The notes beneath the pieces were generated by a model. It saw only the letters and a list, made by a program, of their open reading frames with translations. It ran no database searches and had not been told where the DNA came from. A DNA stretch of 64,000 nucleotides, taken from the NCBI GenBank assembly GCA_000004985.1, contig GG738911.1, one strand, 5' to 3'. Shown in pieces: positions 61,770 to 64,000 of the stretch. Numbering within the stretch: the stretch's first letter is position 1; the number at the start of each line of letters is the position of its first letter. The DNA comes from Naegleria gruberi. Taxonomy: Eukaryota. Made by a program: the position numbers and the translations under genes.

Positions 61770-62197
61770 AGGTTGTGGTAGTTTTTTTTCGTTCTATTTC
61801 TTCTACTAAACCTTTCATCATGTCAATGAGACTTGACATTTGGCGTTTGAAAAGTGAAATATTGGTTTAGTAGGTGCGACAAAAAAGACGAACACAAATT
61901 CCAAACTCAGTCAATGGTTCCTATCAAGTAAATACTGTTCTTCTTTCCCAGAGATAAAATTTTAAACTATTTACCAGTTGAGTAGTTTGTAGAATAGAAG
62001 AAGATGAAACTCCAAAAACTTTACAGCATCATGTCAACATGACTTTCTTACTATTGCTAATTGCAATTTTCATTGGAGAATTCTCATTATGAAATTGGAG
62101 TTTATTTTTCATCTCAAATTTTATTGTAATCATCCAATTTATGATTCAAAATGTTTTTCTCAAGAAGAGAGGTAGATTTCGAAGAATTATCTGAAAA

Positions 62198-63667
62198 TTA
62201 CAAATTCGATTGAATAAATTCACCAAATTTTCTAATGAAAATTTCAGGATTTCTTAATAAGCCAATAGCTCTGTTTCTTCCCTTTTCGGTCATAATGTCC
62301 GCAGCTTTTTGTCCTTTAACCTCAATGATTTCCTTCTTTCCAATTAGACCATTAATACTTCCCAAACTCAATTCAAATTTTCCTGATTTTTCCTTATTTT
62401 TTAACATTGAGGCAGTTGAGGAAAATTGTGGAGCTACCTTTTTGATTTGCTGAATGAAATTTGACATTTTGACAATATTTGTACCAACAGTGATACCTTC
62501 TCTGACTGCTGAACCTGCCAATTTTTCGTATGGAAGATCTGTCACATCACCAAGTGAGAAAATATTTGGATGGTTGACAGTTTGATAGAAATCATTAACT
62601 TGAATGAAACCTTGAGAATTTCTTGCAATATGACTTCCTTCCAACCATTCAGTATTTGGAATCATGCCTCCACACCAAAATATCATACTTGCTTTTGGAA
62701 GTTCAATAACTTGTTCACTAGTCAATTCTGCATTTGGAATATTCGGTTTTAAAACAATTTCCTTCTTAATCAATGGATTAGTTTCCTCCCCAGACGAAAC
62801 CAATTGAGAAACATCCTTATAAAAAGCTCTCTTTCCCATAAAAACTTCAACTCCATTCTTCACCAAATGGTTATAGATATAATTGTGTGCAGTTTCAGAA
62901 TTTGATCGATCTCTCAACAACTTTCTACTATGAACGAGAGTTATTTTGAATGGTTCCAATCCGTGCTTTCCTCTCCATTGATTGACATCAATTAATTCAC
63001 CTGCCAATTGAATTCCCAAAGCTCCTCCTCCAACAATGACAACATGATCATTTTCCTTAGAGGTAATCTTGTCATAGAATTGATGAAATTCGTGTAATCT
63101 TGATTGAGGAGTGACAGATTCAATCTTTTCAATGTTTGCCTTAATATAGTCTGTCTTGTATCTGCAGCCATTTGCCAAGATTAGGTAATCGTATTCGATA
63201 GTTTCTTCTCCCTTAATGGAATTTCCATCCAATTGTTGAATTGTAATCTTGGAATGCTCGGTATCGAGTTTGGAAGCTTGGGAATGACTAATCATTTTGA
63301 CAGAATATCCATTTCTCTTGTCAAAAGTCTTTTCAAGTTCATCCAACAAGACATGTGAATTTTCATGATGATATTCTTGTGGATTGACCATATAACGTAA
63401 AGTAAAGATAGATGACTCGGTGAAATTCTTCTTTTCAATCAATGTAATGTTAAATGTTTGACTTTTGGCAACAAAATGTGAGGTCAAAGTTGATAGAACT
63501 GATAATCCAGCAACTCCTCCTCCAACAATAACTACTCTTGGTTGTGTACTCATGATGATGATGTATTCTTGATGTTTGAATATTTGTTTTTGAATTGGAA
63601 ACAATGTTGAGCTATGTGAAAGTGCGTTCTTAAAGAATTTAACATAATGGAGGAGGAATTTGCGCAT
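62198..63667 (-). CDS. FAD/NAD(P)-dependent pyridine-nucleotide-disulfide oxidoreductase, AIF/AMID(FSP1)-like
   Basis: Two Rossmann motifs, 'RVVIVGGGVAGLS' and 'HVVIVGGGALGIQLAGEL'. The 38-aa basic N-terminal extension from ATG 63667 could be a mitochondrial presequence. An alternative ATG is at 63553. Confidence 0.7.
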   Translation of the reverse strand: MRKFLLHYVKFFKNALSHSSTLFPIQKQIFKHQEYIIIMSTQPRVVIVGGGVAGLSVLSTLTSHFVAKSQTFNITLIEKKNFTESSIFTLRYMVNPQEYHHENSHVLLDELEKTFDKRNGYSVKMISHSQASKLDTEHSKITIQQLDGNSIKGEETIEYDYLILANGCRYKTDYIKANIEKIESVTPQSRLHEFHQFYDKITSKENDHVVIVGGGALGIQLAGELIDVNQWRGKHGLEPFKITLVHSRKLLRDRSNSETAHNYIYNHLVKNGVEVFMGKRAFYKDVSQLVSSGEETNPLIKKEIVLKPNIPNAELTSEQVIELPKASMIFWCGGMIPNTEWLEGSHIARNSQGFIQVNDFYQTVNHPNIFSLGDVTDLPYEKLAGSAVREGITVGTNIVKMSNFIQQIKKVAPQFSSTASMLKNKEKSGKFELSLGSINGLIGKKEIIEVKGQKAADIMTEKGRNRAIGLLRNPEIFIRKFGEFIQSNL

Positions 63668-63877
63668 ATTTAAAGTTATTACCCCAATAATAACAATAGT
63701 GGGCCAAGGAGATCGTCATTATTAAATCACGCAATTCCTTGGTTACAAGGTTCACTCTTGTTTTAAATATCCTTCATTTTGTCCAATCGTCTTTTTTGTT
63801 ATAATTTCAAAAATGGTAATTTTCAAACTCTGTAATTTTAATGAGTATTCTTTGATGATGAAAATTGTGGAATGATA

Positions 63878-64000
63878 TTAAATACCATAGACAACGTTGG
63901 CCTTCTCAATGATTTGCATTTGAACATCTCTCACTGCCTTGAAATTAACATAATCTGGTGTGAAAACAAATCGAGAGAAGGTATCTCCCAAATTCATAAC
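63878..64000 (-). CDS. RGS-domain protein, C-terminal end only (gene continues beyond window)
   Basis: Minus-strand translation '...MNLGDTFSRFVFTPDYVNFKAVRDVQMQIIEKANVVYGI*'. 'NLGDTFSRFVFT' is nearly identical to the RGS C-terminus 'NLGDTFSRFVFTVEF' of 22297..24927. Confidence 0.5.
   Translation of the reverse strand, partial: VMNLGDTFSRFVFTPDYVNFKAVRDVQMQIIEKANVVYGI

Noticed and set aside
1-64000. Prokaryotic island or defence-system reading (operons, CRISPR, restriction-modification)
   Set aside because: No direct-repeat/spacer arrays, no Shine-Dalgarno/operon structure, no rRNA. The window has spliceosomal introns with GT...AG, eukaryotic elongator tRNA-Met and type-II tRNA-Leu, poly-Q/N proteins, and ankyrin/RGS/7TM/saposin/MEKK content. 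It is a nuclear eukaryotic locus.
1-64000. Assignment to Dictyostelium discoideum itself
   Set aside because: Codon usage is too relaxed: TTG rather than TTA for Leu, frequent AAG, GTC and GCC. Intron donors include GTAGGT and GTATGT. A non-discoideum dictyostelid is more likely. I cannot name the species from sequence alone.

Overview
The window is eukaryotic, not prokaryotic. It is AT-rich (roughly two-thirds A+T by eye) and gene-dense on both strands. Most genes are intronless, long ORFs, but seven short spliceosomal introns (44-165 nt) can be placed from protein continuity. Their donors are GTAAGT, GTAGGT or GTATGT. Coding sequence is full of poly-Q/N/S/T low-complexity tracts. There are five intact nuclear-type tRNA genes followed by T-run pol III terminators. 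Taken together this points to a dictyostelid social amoeba (Amoebozoa). Leu is mostly TTG, a matching tRNA-Leu(CAA) is present and AAG is common, so it is probably not D. discoideum itself; a Heterostelium/Cavenderia-like genome is a guess only. A 69-nt N-run at 35300-35368 marks a draft-assembly gap. I call about 30 protein-coding genes.

Recognisable products:
- vWA-domain protein
- receptor-like class-III cyclase-homology protein
- KCTD/BTB protein (2 exons)
- ankyrin proteins
- Nu-class (YfcG-like) GST (2 exons)
- TPR protein
- five-domain saposin-like protein (3 exons)
- APH/choline-kinase-like phosphotransferase
- STE11/MEKK-like Ser/Thr kinase
- RNI-type LRR protein
- GT61-like glycosyltransferase
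- AIF/AMID-like flavoprotein
- P-loop NTPase

Four things stand out. First, an adhesion-GPCR-like gene (NHL repeats, EGF-like repeats, GAIN/GPS motif, 7TM) carries a C-terminal RGS domain, with a secreted NHL+EGF paralogue and a second RGS-tail gene nearby. Second, there is a four-member clustered lineage-specific family and a three-member single-TM family. Third, a convergent fusion of two partial tRNAs (Pro-UGG-like on +, Glu-CUC-like on -) sits inside a 2-kb gene-free block. Fourth, five genes are each broken into two overlapping reading frames (four by one-nucleotide shifts, of which three are -1; the saposin gene by a short stop-bounded segment). This looks like indel or local sequence errors in the assembly rather than biology. 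No CRISPR arrays, rRNA or obvious intact transposons were found.
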